A stretch of DNA of 64,000 bases, taken from positions 148,551 to 212,550 of the forward strand of contig CAZKVV010000001.1 in the NCBI GenBank assembly GCA_964556485.1, read 5' to 3'. The stretch comes from an uncultured Pseudomonadales bacterium. GTDB taxonomy: Bacteria; Patescibacteriota; Microgenomatia; UBA1400; PJMF01. The notes below the pieces were generated by a model. It ran no database searches. It was not told the DNA's origin and saw only the letters and a program-made list of their open reading frames with translations. A program made the position numbers and the translations under genes. Shown piece after piece: positions 27,824-36,447 of this stretch (position 1 is its first letter; each line of letters begins with the position of its first letter).

Positions 27824-28535
27824 GCAAACGAACTCTCAATGGAATAACTACTTTTTCATCAGAAAGAATGGAACTGACTTCTCCTGATTGAGAAAATTGC
27901 GAAGCATTTAGGTTGTAGTTTTTGAGTAGCTGGTGCATAAACTCATAGCCAGGTTGCAATTTATCAACTTCGGTGAGATCTTGGGTTGGATCAATCAAGA
28001 GTGTAACAAATGCTAGGTTTAATGGTCTAGTGTTGATAACACTATCAATGAGATTGTTGACACCTGCATCATCAAATGTGCCCTCAGGGTAGAATGCTTT
28101 TCCATATATCAGTGTTGATGTTTCATTTTCAATGTACTGAGGCACTTTATATCGTTCTACAAAGCCAAGGTTATTTTTATGGTTGCAATTCATCACCGAT
28201 CTGACTCTCCAGCCACCCTTGAGTTCGATTGTTTTCTTCTCAAAGCCAGTTATACGACATGGAAAGGTAACTTTATTTTCTGAAACATCCTTAATGAAGC
28301 TGCTTGAATCGTTTATATCAGAAATGTCAGGAAGTGTGTGCAAGTTGAGCGAGATGCTTGAAAGTCTATTGCTTAAATACGCAGAAACTAAATAGAAAAC
28401 CAAACCAAATAGTAGGATTAAAACAAACGGCAAAGTATACTTCACTTGATTTTTCACTCTACAAGTAATAGTACACCAAGTGACTAGAGACGACAAGCTA
28501 GTTTTTTTTGAGTCGTCTTTAGTGAACCGAAGCAT
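27813..28535 (-). CDS. membrane-anchored protein of the pilus-locus operon, unknown function
   Basis: Single N-terminal TM (YTLPFVLILLFGLVFYLVSAYL). Overlaps neighbouring genes by 11 to 17 nt, consistent with translational coupling. Confidence 0.5.
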   Translation of the reverse strand: MLRFTKDDSKKTSLSSLVTWCTITCRVKNQVKYTLPFVLILLFGLVFYLVSAYLSNRLSSISLNLHTLPDISDINDSSSFIKDVSENKVTFPCRITGFEKKTIELKGGWRVRSVMNCNHKNNLGFVERYKVPQYIENETSTLIYGKAFYPEGTFDDAGVNNLIDSVINTRPLNLAFVTLLIDPTQDLTEVDKLQPGYEFMHQLLKNYNLNASQFSQSGEVSSILSDEKVVIPLRVRLHEN

Positions 28536-30321
28536 TAACTAGCATTGGAAACATAAAGCGATACGAGAGGTCATCAATGACAACTTCAACTAACACTGAA
28601 TTATCACCTGTCTCAACAAAACTGCTGACGTCAGCGTCATATGCGGCTATCAAAGATGCGTAGATTTCCTCTTGCTCTGGGGTTATAGCACTATTTACAC
28701 TCGACTGGTTGAACGAAAGAAAGCTTACACTGAAAAACTCATTTTTTCCGGGAGTCAATGCGCTATTTACCATATTTTGCACAGCTGCATCATCAAAGGT
28801 AACTCCTTCTGGAAGATTAAATGAAAAATATCCGCCACCATCTTTAATTGCGATAACTTTGATTGTTCCGTCGTTCATTGTTTTTTCCATCCATGCTGGA
28901 ATAGAAATTGTTCGCTGATCACCGTTGCTGTCAAAATAGTTTGCATCAATTCGTGCTCGTACGGAAATATCTTGCAAATTGAAGCGCTCAAATGAGGTTC
29001 CCGCATGTTCTAAAATCATTCCATAGAATGTTGATTTTTCGAGTGGACCATTTGCAAACTGCTCTAAGAATAGTTCCATGATTCTTGCTTCATCGGCGTT
29101 TGCAGGTGTTCGCTCGTAAGTGTCTCTGGTTTCTTGAATTTGAGTTGATGTTATATCTACAGTTGGGGTCGCTGTTGGAGATTCTGGAGGGGTAACTTCA
29201 GTTGGTTCAATAGCCGGTTCAGTAGGCTCAACTTCTGGTGCTGGTAAACCTAGCATCGCTGCTCTTTCTGTCTCGTATTGTTCTTTGGTTACAAATACAT
29301 AGACACCTTTGTCTGGATCATATAATAAATAGTATTTTCCGGAAGTGTCTGTATTCGTCCATGTAAGTCCAAACATTCCTGGAACATCAAAAATTTCTTC
29401 GATGGTTGTTTCTCCATCAGGATCAAAAATTTCGTATTGAATATCTAGGTTGGATGGAGTGAGTACGCTACCCTCTTGATCACCTTGCACTTCGAGGCCT
29501 GTTACAACTGCACCTGAAGGGTGGGTGAAGATTAGGTATTGTGCTTGACCACCATCATCAAAACCACAGAGTAGTGCGTCATGCGAACCATATTCCGCAT
29601 CAGCAAAATTAGCATACTCATCTGTTCCTGGTAAGTTTCTAAATCTGAAAAATGGGTTTGCATCCCCTCCGAAGTGTGATAAAAATGCAGGATTTGAGAT
29701 GACTGCCTCGCTGGGTTTCCCTCCGGTAATACCAGTTTCAGCAAAGCACATCTCATAATACTCTTTTAATTCTGGGCTTAGTTCAGTCCAATCACCGCCA
29801 ATTACACCATCTGGAATTCTTGTTAATGCAACTTCTGCAGTTATGCTGGCAGGAGCTTCAAAAGTTGGTGTAGGGGTTAGAGGTATTGCTGTCTGAGCTT
29901 CAAAAGGAGTGGGAGACTCTTCTATTTGGACTGTTTGTGTTGGAAATGAAGTTACGCCAGGTTCAAGTGGTATTGTTGCGCAGGCTGCAAAAAAAACAAT
30001 AGTAATAATAATGAGTGCGAGAATCACTGCGAATCGAGATTCAGCATGACCATTTTCACTTTTTTTCTTAAGATCTATAAATTGAGTCGGATCACCTTTT
30101 AACAAATCGCCTATTGCTTCTTGTGCAGTTTCATTAATTGCTTCAATTTTCTCTGGTGTTAACCCTTGTTCAATAAGAGCTGCCTCAGCAGTTGCCGCAG
30201 CAGCTTCGAGAGAAGTAATAGCTGGTATTCCCGCAATACCTGCAAGGTCCGCAATGTCTACGGGGTGTGATTCTTGGCCTTCCAAGCCATTAATTGCAGC
30301 GAATTCAGCAGGTTGTGCCAT
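28519..30321 (-). CDS. bitopic membrane protein (about 115-aa cytoplasmic N-domain, TM, about 480-aa extracytoplasmic domain), unknown function
   Basis: Start set at MAQPAEFAAING. TM segment FAVILALIIITIVFFAACA. PT/PE-rich linker segments. Confidence 0.5.
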   Translation of the reverse strand: MAQPAEFAAINGLEGQESHPVDIADLAGIAGIPAITSLEAAAATAEAALIEQGLTPEKIEAINETAQEAIGDLLKGDPTQFIDLKKKSENGHAESRFAVILALIIITIVFFAACATIPLEPGVTSFPTQTVQIEESPTPFEAQTAIPLTPTPTFEAPASITAEVALTRIPDGVIGGDWTELSPELKEYYEMCFAETGITGGKPSEAVISNPAFLSHFGGDANPFFRFRNLPGTDEYANFADAEYGSHDALLCGFDDGGQAQYLIFTHPSGAVVTGLEVQGDQEGSVLTPSNLDIQYEIFDPDGETTIEEIFDVPGMFGLTWTNTDTSGKYYLLYDPDKGVYVFVTKEQYETERAAMLGLPAPEVEPTEPAIEPTEVTPPESPTATPTVDITSTQIQETRDTYERTPANADEARIMELFLEQFANGPLEKSTFYGMILEHAGTSFERFNLQDISVRARIDANYFDSNGDQRTISIPAWMEKTMNDGTIKVIAIKDGGGYFSFNLPEGVTFDDAAVQNMVNSALTPGKNEFFSVSFLSFNQSSVNSAITPEQEEIYASLIAAYDADVSSFVETGDNSVLVEVVIDDLSYRFMFPMLVNASVH

Positions 30322-30497
30322 TATTGCTTTCTGTTGGGAGTAAACCACATATTGTTTTATTAAATAGTGGTGTGGTAAACTTCCCTCTTCTTGCACTTAC
30401 TCTACCAGTTTTTGCGTGGTATTTGTATTGTACAAATCGTTCAGTATTTTACCACTGAGTCTTATAATATTGCAATGCGTAGCAGATGTGTAGGGAA

Positions 30498-31067
30498 TTA
30501 GTTAATGACGTTTTCCATCGAATCTAAAATTAGTCTTCTCACGAAATCTGATTTGGATGTATTTCTTTTTTTAGACTCAGTTATAAGAAAAGTGTTCAAT
30601 TTGGAAGATAGTACCATATTAAACCGAATCTCATTGGCTAAGTTCATCTCGAGTAAATAATATTCGACAAGCTCTTTTAATTCAGAATCAGATGAATATT
30701 CACAGAAGAAAACTTTGTTAAGTTTTTCCAAGGTGGGGATGAGATTTGGTTTCGGCTTACCTTTTTTAAAAAAAATTACAACCGGTTTTCCAATGCTTAC
30801 TGCATGAGAAAGGAGGAATCCAACACTCAGGCTTTGTTTGCTGCTTTCTGATATGACAACGTCAGTGCTGGAAATATTTTTAAGTAATTTGAGATGAAAT
30901 GCTGTGTTTTCCAACTCATTTTGCAGGTCAATTTTTTCTTGCGAGTAAGTAGTTACATGGTCACAAATTAAAGTGATTTTGTTGTTATCGCAGACATTCT
31001 TAATGACCTCAATGCTTTTAGCATAAAAATCTTTTTCACGAATTGATCCAATAAAAACTACTTTCAT
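30498..31067 (-). CDS. NDT-like (nucleoside 2-deoxyribosyltransferase/SLOG-like) domain fused to a C-terminal ribbon-helix-helix domain; catalytic Glu replaced by Leu
   Basis: MKVVFIGS start and an SVGFLLSHAVSIGKPVV segment that aligns with the NDT GxGMELGYAxxxGKxV motif but has L in place of the nucleophile E. C-terminal RFNMVLSSKLNTFLITESKKRNTSKSDFVRRLILDSME is a CopG/Arc-like RHH. AT-rich codon usage. Confidence 0.55.
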   Translation of the reverse strand: MKVVFIGSIREKDFYAKSIEVIKNVCDNNKITLICDHVTTYSQEKIDLQNELENTAFHLKLLKNISSTDVVISESSKQSLSVGFLLSHAVSIGKPVVIFFKKGKPKPNLIPTLEKLNKVFFCEYSSDSELKELVEYYLLEMNLANEIRFNMVLSSKLNTFLITESKKRNTSKSDFVRRLILDSMENVIN

Positions 31068-31087
31068 TATTGTTTTGATAGTATATC

Positions 31088-31104
31088 ATACTTACTCAGT
31101 AAGT
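31088..31104. promoter_or_regulatory. 17-bp perfect palindrome TACTTACTcAGTAAGTA in the divergent promoter, candidate RHH operator
   Basis: Read directly. Centred about 26 nt upstream of the 30498..31067 start and about 50 nt upstream of the 31145 start. Confidence 0.5.
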
Positions 31105-31144
31105 AGCTTTGCTGCAAAAAGTGATACAATAACACTCACTAATA

Positions 31145-32188
31145 ATGTCAAAAATGAATAATAACAAATCAGGATTGGTTGAAATTAAACCGTTTATAGT
31201 TAAATCTGTAGGCGAACACAGTATGGGCGCCCCAGTATTGAAATACTTAGAGATAAAGATGCATGATTATCTCAGAGATCACAGTAGAAATTTTAAAAAG
31301 ATTTTAGTTATCGGTGAGTATGATAGAACGTGCTCGATATCTTCATTTGAAAAAGATGGCAAAACATCTAACTGGCAACGTCCAACCGCAGAAATCATCA
31401 ATGATGAGCTAATAATAAAATGTTTTCCTGGAAAGGATTATGTTAGGCATTATGCATCATTAATTGCCTCATATTTGTATTTAACTGATCGAAAGTGGTC
31501 GCATGTTCGATATGTCTTGCCAACAGAAGCGAAATGTGAGGCAGCAGTTGACGACTTATTCCTTGAAAATATTCCCGTTGGAGATGTGTTAATCATTGGA
31601 AGTGGTTTGCCTGCAATCGCAGGCGAAGATCGATGGGAAGGGAATAATCATTATTTATATAAGTCAGTCTCAATTAATAATCAAACGGTAGTATTTTTAA
31701 TTTTTCAGTTTAGTTTTTGGGGTGATATTCTTTACAGAATTATAAAAAAGATGGGTTCATCATTTAAAAAAATTCTCTTCACAGCAAAGGTTGGTGGAAT
31801 TAGATCAGATTTAATTCCTAATGAAACATTAGCAACAGGCAGTCAATCATTTATAGATGGAGAATTTGTAAGTTGGAAAGGTCTTTTCGAAGATGTAACT
31901 TCTCCATTTTTGGTAAAAGGTCGGCATATTAACTCACCTTCAGTACTGTTGGAGACTAAAGCTTGGGTAAAATCATTTTCTGGAATAGAGTTTGTTGACT
32001 CAGAAATTGGCTACTTTATTAAGTCTACTAGAGATATTGGTGTTAACTCTGGATATTTGCACTTTATTTCAAACAATCTTACGAACCCACACGCTGAGGA
32101 TCTCTCAAATGAGAGGGAAAAAAGTGTTATTCTCAAGCGAAGTAAATTGAATGAAGAAATCAGAAGAATAATTTACGAGATTATCTGA
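31145..32188 (+). CDS. hypothetical protein; C-terminal two-thirds resemble the PNP/UDP phosphorylase / nucleosidase fold (low confidence)
   Basis: By-eye motif resemblance only: DVLIIGSGLP, KILFTAKVGGIRSD and FVDSEIGYFI resemble the G-rich phosphate/ribose loops and the (D/E)MEGAA-like segment of MTA/AMP nucleosidases. The 130-aa N-terminal domain is unknown. Very AT-rich. Confidence 0.45.
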   Translation: MSKMNNNKSGLVEIKPFIVKSVGEHSMGAPVLKYLEIKMHDYLRDHSRNFKKILVIGEYDRTCSISSFEKDGKTSNWQRPTAEIINDELIIKCFPGKDYVRHYASLIASYLYLTDRKWSHVRYVLPTEAKCEAAVDDLFLENIPVGDVLIIGSGLPAIAGEDRWEGNNHYLYKSVSINNQTVVFLIFQFSFWGDILYRIIKKMGSSFKKILFTAKVGGIRSDLIPNETLATGSQSFIDGEFVSWKGLFEDVTSPFLVKGRHINSPSVLLETKAWVKSFSGIEFVDSEIGYFIKSTRDIGVNSGYLHFISNNLTNPHAEDLSNEREKSVILKRSKLNEEIRRIIYEII

Positions 32189-32235
32189 TAGAATTCCAGG
32201 TATATGTTATCCAATTTAATAAGGAATGCGAGATT

Positions 32236-32799
32236 ATGAAAGTGCACTTTATTGCTGATGTTGATGGAGATAAAACTGATTATAAAAAGATAATTTCAAC
32301 AATTGAATCACTTAATCATACGATTGTTACAAGGCATTACTTAGAAAGAAAAATTGAGGAAATTGTTCAGGAGTCTCCAGCTGAATCTGAACTATATGCT
32401 AAGAGGTCAATGAGATGGTTGAAAAATGCAGATGTGGTAATTTTTGAAACAACCAAGCCAGATGTGAGTGTGGGGTATGAGCTTGCCGTTGCAGTTAATT
32501 TGAATAATCCTGTGATAGTTATGTATCACAATACAAAAGGTACGCCCCCGAATAGCATAAAGGGTGTAGAATCAGAAAAACTTCAGATCATTGGATACGA
32601 CGACAGCACCTTAGTGGAAATTCTTGAGATTGCACTTGAAAATGCGCATGATTCAACTGATGTCCGCTTCAACTTCTTCATCTCCCCTTCTATTGGTAGC
32701 TATCTCGACTGGATTTCTAAGAATAAGAAAGTCCCACGCTCAGTGTATCTTCGTAATCTCATTCAAAGAGACATGGAAGAGAATGAAGAATATCGATAA
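32236..32799 (+). CDS. NDT-like (nucleoside 2-deoxyribosyltransferase/SLOG-like) domain fused to a C-terminal ribbon-helix-helix domain; catalytic Glu retained
   Basis: Paralog of 30498..31067 (about 30 percent identity, co-linear). SVGYELAVAVNLNNPVIV matches the NDT GxGMELGYA..GKxV motif including the Glu. C-terminal VRFNFFISPSIGSYLDWISKNKKVPRSVYLRNLIQRDME is an RHH. Confidence 0.55.
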   Translation: MKVHFIADVDGDKTDYKKIISTIESLNHTIVTRHYLERKIEEIVQESPAESELYAKRSMRWLKNADVVIFETTKPDVSVGYELAVAVNLNNPVIVMYHNTKGTPPNSIKGVESEKLQIIGYDDSTLVEILEIALENAHDSTDVRFNFFISPSIGSYLDWISKNKKVPRSVYLRNLIQRDMEENEEYR

Positions 32800-32947
32800 G
32801 TTGTCAATCATAACACGATATCTTTATCGATCATGCTTAGCTCAATTTTTCCCACCCTCCTCTTGCGGTTTCTCTGTCTAGTACGCTATAGTAATAAAAG
32901 GTTTATGAGCACGACGCAAAAGTAGTGTATAAATCAGGTAGTACTGC

Positions 32948-33763
32948 ATGTCCAAAACACACCAAACTAATCGACTACAACACGCAAACGTAGTGTGTTG
33001 CGGCAACTCCCAATCTGGTCAAGTTGCTGTGGTTGTATTGCTTATCATGGTGGTATTACTCACCATTGGTCTGTCTCTCGCGGCCAGAACCACCCAAGAA
33101 GTCTTCCTTTCTCAACAACAATCAGATAGTGCTAGAGTATTTAATGCTGCAGAATCTGGCGTTGAAGAGGCTCTGAGTCAAAGTTTTGCTACCGGTGCCA
33201 CAAACGGTAGTCTCGTAGTGGACGGTATTGATGTTAATTACACGGTTAATACTCAAAGTCGACTCGACACACTCATTACTGAGGGTATGAGTGCTCACAT
33301 ACAATTAAATGGTTATGCTGGAAACATTACCATAGACTGGGCGCAAGAAGCCAACTGTGCAGACAGGGCATCGTTCATTGCGACAATTTTTTATGACGAT
33401 GCAGGAGTACTGAGATCTCAACACCTAGCCTTTGGACCACCAACAACTTGCGTCAATCATAACGATAACTTCCTCCAGGGTTCCAACTTGGCAGGAAATC
33501 CGTTCTATCACCGCTACATCATTAGTGGCGCTACGCTCCCAGCCAATTCACAATTTATTCGCCTCAAGCCGGTGTATGCAGATGCTGACATTTTAGTAAC
33601 TGGTAGTACTGGATTCCCAAGTCAACACAATACCATTCGTTCAACTGCTACTTACTCAGGTGGGGATGAACAGCGTAGTATAGAAGTATCGCGTAGTCTA
33701 CCTGCTGCACCAGCATTTATGGATTACGCACTGTATTCAGGAGGAAGCATTACAACGCCATAG
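32948..33763 (+). CDS. PilX-like minor pilin / pilus assembly protein
   Basis: N-terminus QSGQVAVVVLLIMVVLLTIGLSLAARTTQE resembles the PilX N-terminal domain; the rest is secreted. Confidence 0.6.
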   Translation: MSKTHQTNRLQHANVVCCGNSQSGQVAVVVLLIMVVLLTIGLSLAARTTQEVFLSQQQSDSARVFNAAESGVEEALSQSFATGATNGSLVVDGIDVNYTVNTQSRLDTLITEGMSAHIQLNGYAGNITIDWAQEANCADRASFIATIFYDDAGVLRSQHLAFGPPTTCVNHNDNFLQGSNLAGNPFYHRYIISGATLPANSQFIRLKPVYADADILVTGSTGFPSQHNTIRSTATYSGGDEQRSIEVSRSLPAAPAFMDYALYSGGSITTP

Positions 33764-33796
33764 CAAAAATACGTGTAGTATAAGAAAGCCTGCCCT

Positions 33797-34804
33797 ATGT
33801 CCACACTCGCCATCGATATCGGTTCCTATAGTATAAAAGCAGTCAGCGGTAAAGCTGGGGTCTCACCTCATGTTGATCGTGTTGTTGAAGTTTTTAATAC
33901 CACTGGACTTGCGGTCCCTACCGATGATCCAGCTCAAGAAAAACTAGCTGGTTTACTTGAATCTATCCTTGCAGACAATGACTTACCTCGCACAGATGTG
34001 AGACTCTCACTTCCAGAAACAGTTATTTCAACCAAGGTTATCAGCATTCCACCACTCAGTGATGCTGAGCTTGCTTCTGCCATTGGTTGGCAAGCGGAAC
34101 AACACATTCCGATTCCTCCAGAAGAATTGTCTCTCGAATATCAAGTCTTGTACCGTCCTGTCAAAAAAGACAAAGAAATGATGCGTATTCTCCTTGTGGG
34201 TGCTCGCAAACAAGTAGTTGAGCGCTATGTGGAAATGTTCCACATGTTGGGTATTGAACCATCATTGGTAGAAACACAGATTATTTCTATCATCCGCTCT
34301 TTGGTTTTCACCCCACAGGATCCTACAACTTTGGTCGTACACATGGGTGCTTCTTCTATGAATATGGCAATGGTTGCTGGCGGCGAACTTCAGTTTGTGA
34401 CGACTCACATGAATGGTGGTCAGTTGCTCTCTAAAGCACTCGAACAAACCATTGGTTTAGATCGAACACAGGCAGAAAAATACAAGCGCACCTATGGTTT
34501 AGATGAATCTCAGTTCCAAGGTAAAGTGAAGGCAGCATTACTTCCAGCAGTAAACGTACTCACTACCGAGGTAAAAAAGGCTGTGCAGTTTTATATTCAT
34601 GAGCATCCTCAAGATTCTGTCCATCGCGTTGTTTTATCTGGTGGGACTGCCGCACTGCCTCATTTTGTCCAACACATCACTCAAGAATTGGGTACTGAAG
34701 TACTTGTTGCTGCCCCACTTACTAATGTCGGTGGGACGCTTCCAGCAAATATCAATCCTCCTGCACTCGGCGTGTGTATGGGGCTGTTGATGAGAGAAGA
34801 TTAG
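33797..34804 (+). CDS. pilM: type IV pilus assembly protein PilM (actin-like ATPase fold)
   Basis: MSTLAIDIGSYSIKAV start and an ASKHA-fold pattern throughout. 335 aa. Confidence 0.85.
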   Translation: MSTLAIDIGSYSIKAVSGKAGVSPHVDRVVEVFNTTGLAVPTDDPAQEKLAGLLESILADNDLPRTDVRLSLPETVISTKVISIPPLSDAELASAIGWQAEQHIPIPPEELSLEYQVLYRPVKKDKEMMRILLVGARKQVVERYVEMFHMLGIEPSLVETQIISIIRSLVFTPQDPTTLVVHMGASSMNMAMVAGGELQFVTTHMNGGQLLSKALEQTIGLDRTQAEKYKRTYGLDESQFQGKVKAALLPAVNVLTTEVKKAVQFYIHEHPQDSVHRVVLSGGTAALPHFVQHITQELGTEVLVAAPLTNVGGTLPANINPPALGVCMGLLMRED

Positions 34805-34807
34805 CGT

Positions 34808-35386
34808 ATGTCAAGAGATATCAACTTTGTTGCTATTCGGCGCAAAAAGCTTACATCTGAGCAAAAGCGGGATAAAGTTTATTTTAGGTATGCCACATGG
34901 GGCGTCTTGGTTACTTTTGGAGTGATGCTGCTTATCGTTGGCGTGAGATTGTTTGCGGTTATACAAGTCAAGAAACTTACGGATACTCAAGCTTCAACAA
35001 AAAAAGCGATAATGGCGCAAGAGCAAGTCGAGAAAGATTACAATATTTTTGCTCACAAGTTAAAAGCGCTCTCAGAACTTTTTGGCCGACGTTTAGATAA
35101 ACAAGAAGCAATGGTGTTCTTTAGCCAGGCTTTTGGCCAGCATATTATCATTAGTGAGATTGATTATAGTGCTGAAGCTGACGATATTGTAACGTTTACC
35201 CTTACCGCCCCAAGTGTCTTTGATCTAGAAAATGTGTTTGCCATTTTGGAACGTCCCGATGTTTCTGAAAAGTACACTTCAATAGTAAAAAGTGGATTAA
35301 GTCGAGGCGGAGATGGGTTTTACAATATTAAACTTACCATTGCCTTGGGGAAACACAAGTTGCCTGAACCAGAAGTAACGGAATAA
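34808..35386 (+). CDS. pilN: PilN-like pilus assembly protein
   Basis: INFVAIRRKK N-terminus followed by a single TM. Follows pilM. Confidence 0.65.
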   Translation: MSRDINFVAIRRKKLTSEQKRDKVYFRYATWGVLVTFGVMLLIVGVRLFAVIQVKKLTDTQASTKKAIMAQEQVEKDYNIFAHKLKALSELFGRRLDKQEAMVFFSQAFGQHIIISEIDYSAEADDIVTFTLTAPSVFDLENVFAILERPDVSEKYTSIVKSGLSRGGDGFYNIKLTIALGKHKLPEPEVTE

Positions 35387-35392
35387 TACACC

Positions 35393-36193
35393 ATGCTAGA
35401 ACCTAAAGATAAATCACAAATTAATTTTAAAGTTATCTGGACAACCAGAAAATACATGGTGTTTACAGTGGGCATTGTTGCTTTGATAGTGTGTTTAGTT
35501 GCTTTTGGAATGTATCCACAAGTTGCAGCTGTTCTCAAACTAAGAGCTGAGTATCAAAATGAAAAGCCAAAATTAGATAAACTTCAGGCAAAATTGGCAG
35601 AATTACAAAATGTTTTGTTTACTGAAGAGTTTGTTCACGCACCACTAGTCAATGAGGCTCTGCCTTCAAATAAGCCATTGCTAGAGTTTTTAACCAGTTT
35701 AAATACTATTGCGGTAGTCAACGAGATTGCGGTTACCAACTTTGAAATTAATCCGGGAATCATTGCTACTGATGCTTCTCAAGTGAATCAGGCAAGTAAA
35801 GCTAAGGGTTCGGTTGATTCTCTTGAGCTCAGTCTAGAAATTGAAGGTAGTTTTGATCAACTGCAGGCATTTTTATTGGATATCGAGAGAATTTCTCCGT
35901 TTACTACCATCACTACGTTATCACTCGGTAAAGGCGCCTCAGCTGCAGATAGAGGGACTGATAGACTTATTTCCGCATCACTCACAACTAAAACATATTT
36001 CTTTGTTCAAACAATAAAAGCCACTGTCGAAGCGCCATTGCCAAAGTTGGGTGCAAATGATCGAAATGTGTTGAATGCTCTGGCAGAGTTTCAGGCTTCT
36101 GATTTGCCTGAGCAAACAGAGATCATTGGTGGAGGCGTTGAAGATCCATTTGGCGTGGGAAAACTAGAGATACTAAACCAGTTTAAAAACTAA
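35393..36193 (+). CDS. pilO: PilO-like pilus assembly protein
   Basis: N-terminal TM, then coiled coil (LKLRAEYQNEKPKLDKLQAKLAELQN). Position after pilM and pilN. Confidence 0.55.
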   Translation: MLEPKDKSQINFKVIWTTRKYMVFTVGIVALIVCLVAFGMYPQVAAVLKLRAEYQNEKPKLDKLQAKLAELQNVLFTEEFVHAPLVNEALPSNKPLLEFLTSLNTIAVVNEIAVTNFEINPGIIATDASQVNQASKAKGSVDSLELSLEIEGSFDQLQAFLLDIERISPFTTITTLSLGKGASAADRGTDRLISASLTTKTYFFVQTIKATVEAPLPKLGANDRNVLNALAEFQASDLPEQTEIIGGGVEDPFGVGKLEILNQFKN

Positions 36194-36214
36194 GAGATTA
36201 TATAGTTTTTTTGT

Positions 36215-36445
36215 TTATTCAGCGAGAGTGATATGGGCGCGAATGCCCTCTTTTACGGCTCTTATCTTGCCAATATTGCGGATTGATTGAATAACTGAAC
36301 CACCTTTGCCAATCACGCGACCAATGTCATCTTTGTGAACGTGAATGGTATAAAGTAATCCCTGCTCATCTTCAGTTTCAACTACAGATACATCTTCTGG
36401 ATGTTCTACTAGGTGAATGAGGATGTATTCAATAAGATTTTTCAT
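36215..36445 (-). CDS. khpA: KH-domain RNA-binding protein (KhpA/YlqC family)
   Basis: 76 aa with GRVIGKGGSVIQSIRNIG (KH GXXG loop). Immediately downstream of rpsP, as in many bacteria. Confidence 0.75.
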   Translation of the reverse strand: MKNLIEYILIHLVEHPEDVSVVETEDEQGLLYTIHVHKDDIGRVIGKGGSVIQSIRNIGKIRAVKEGIRAHITLAE

Positions 36446-36447
36446 GC

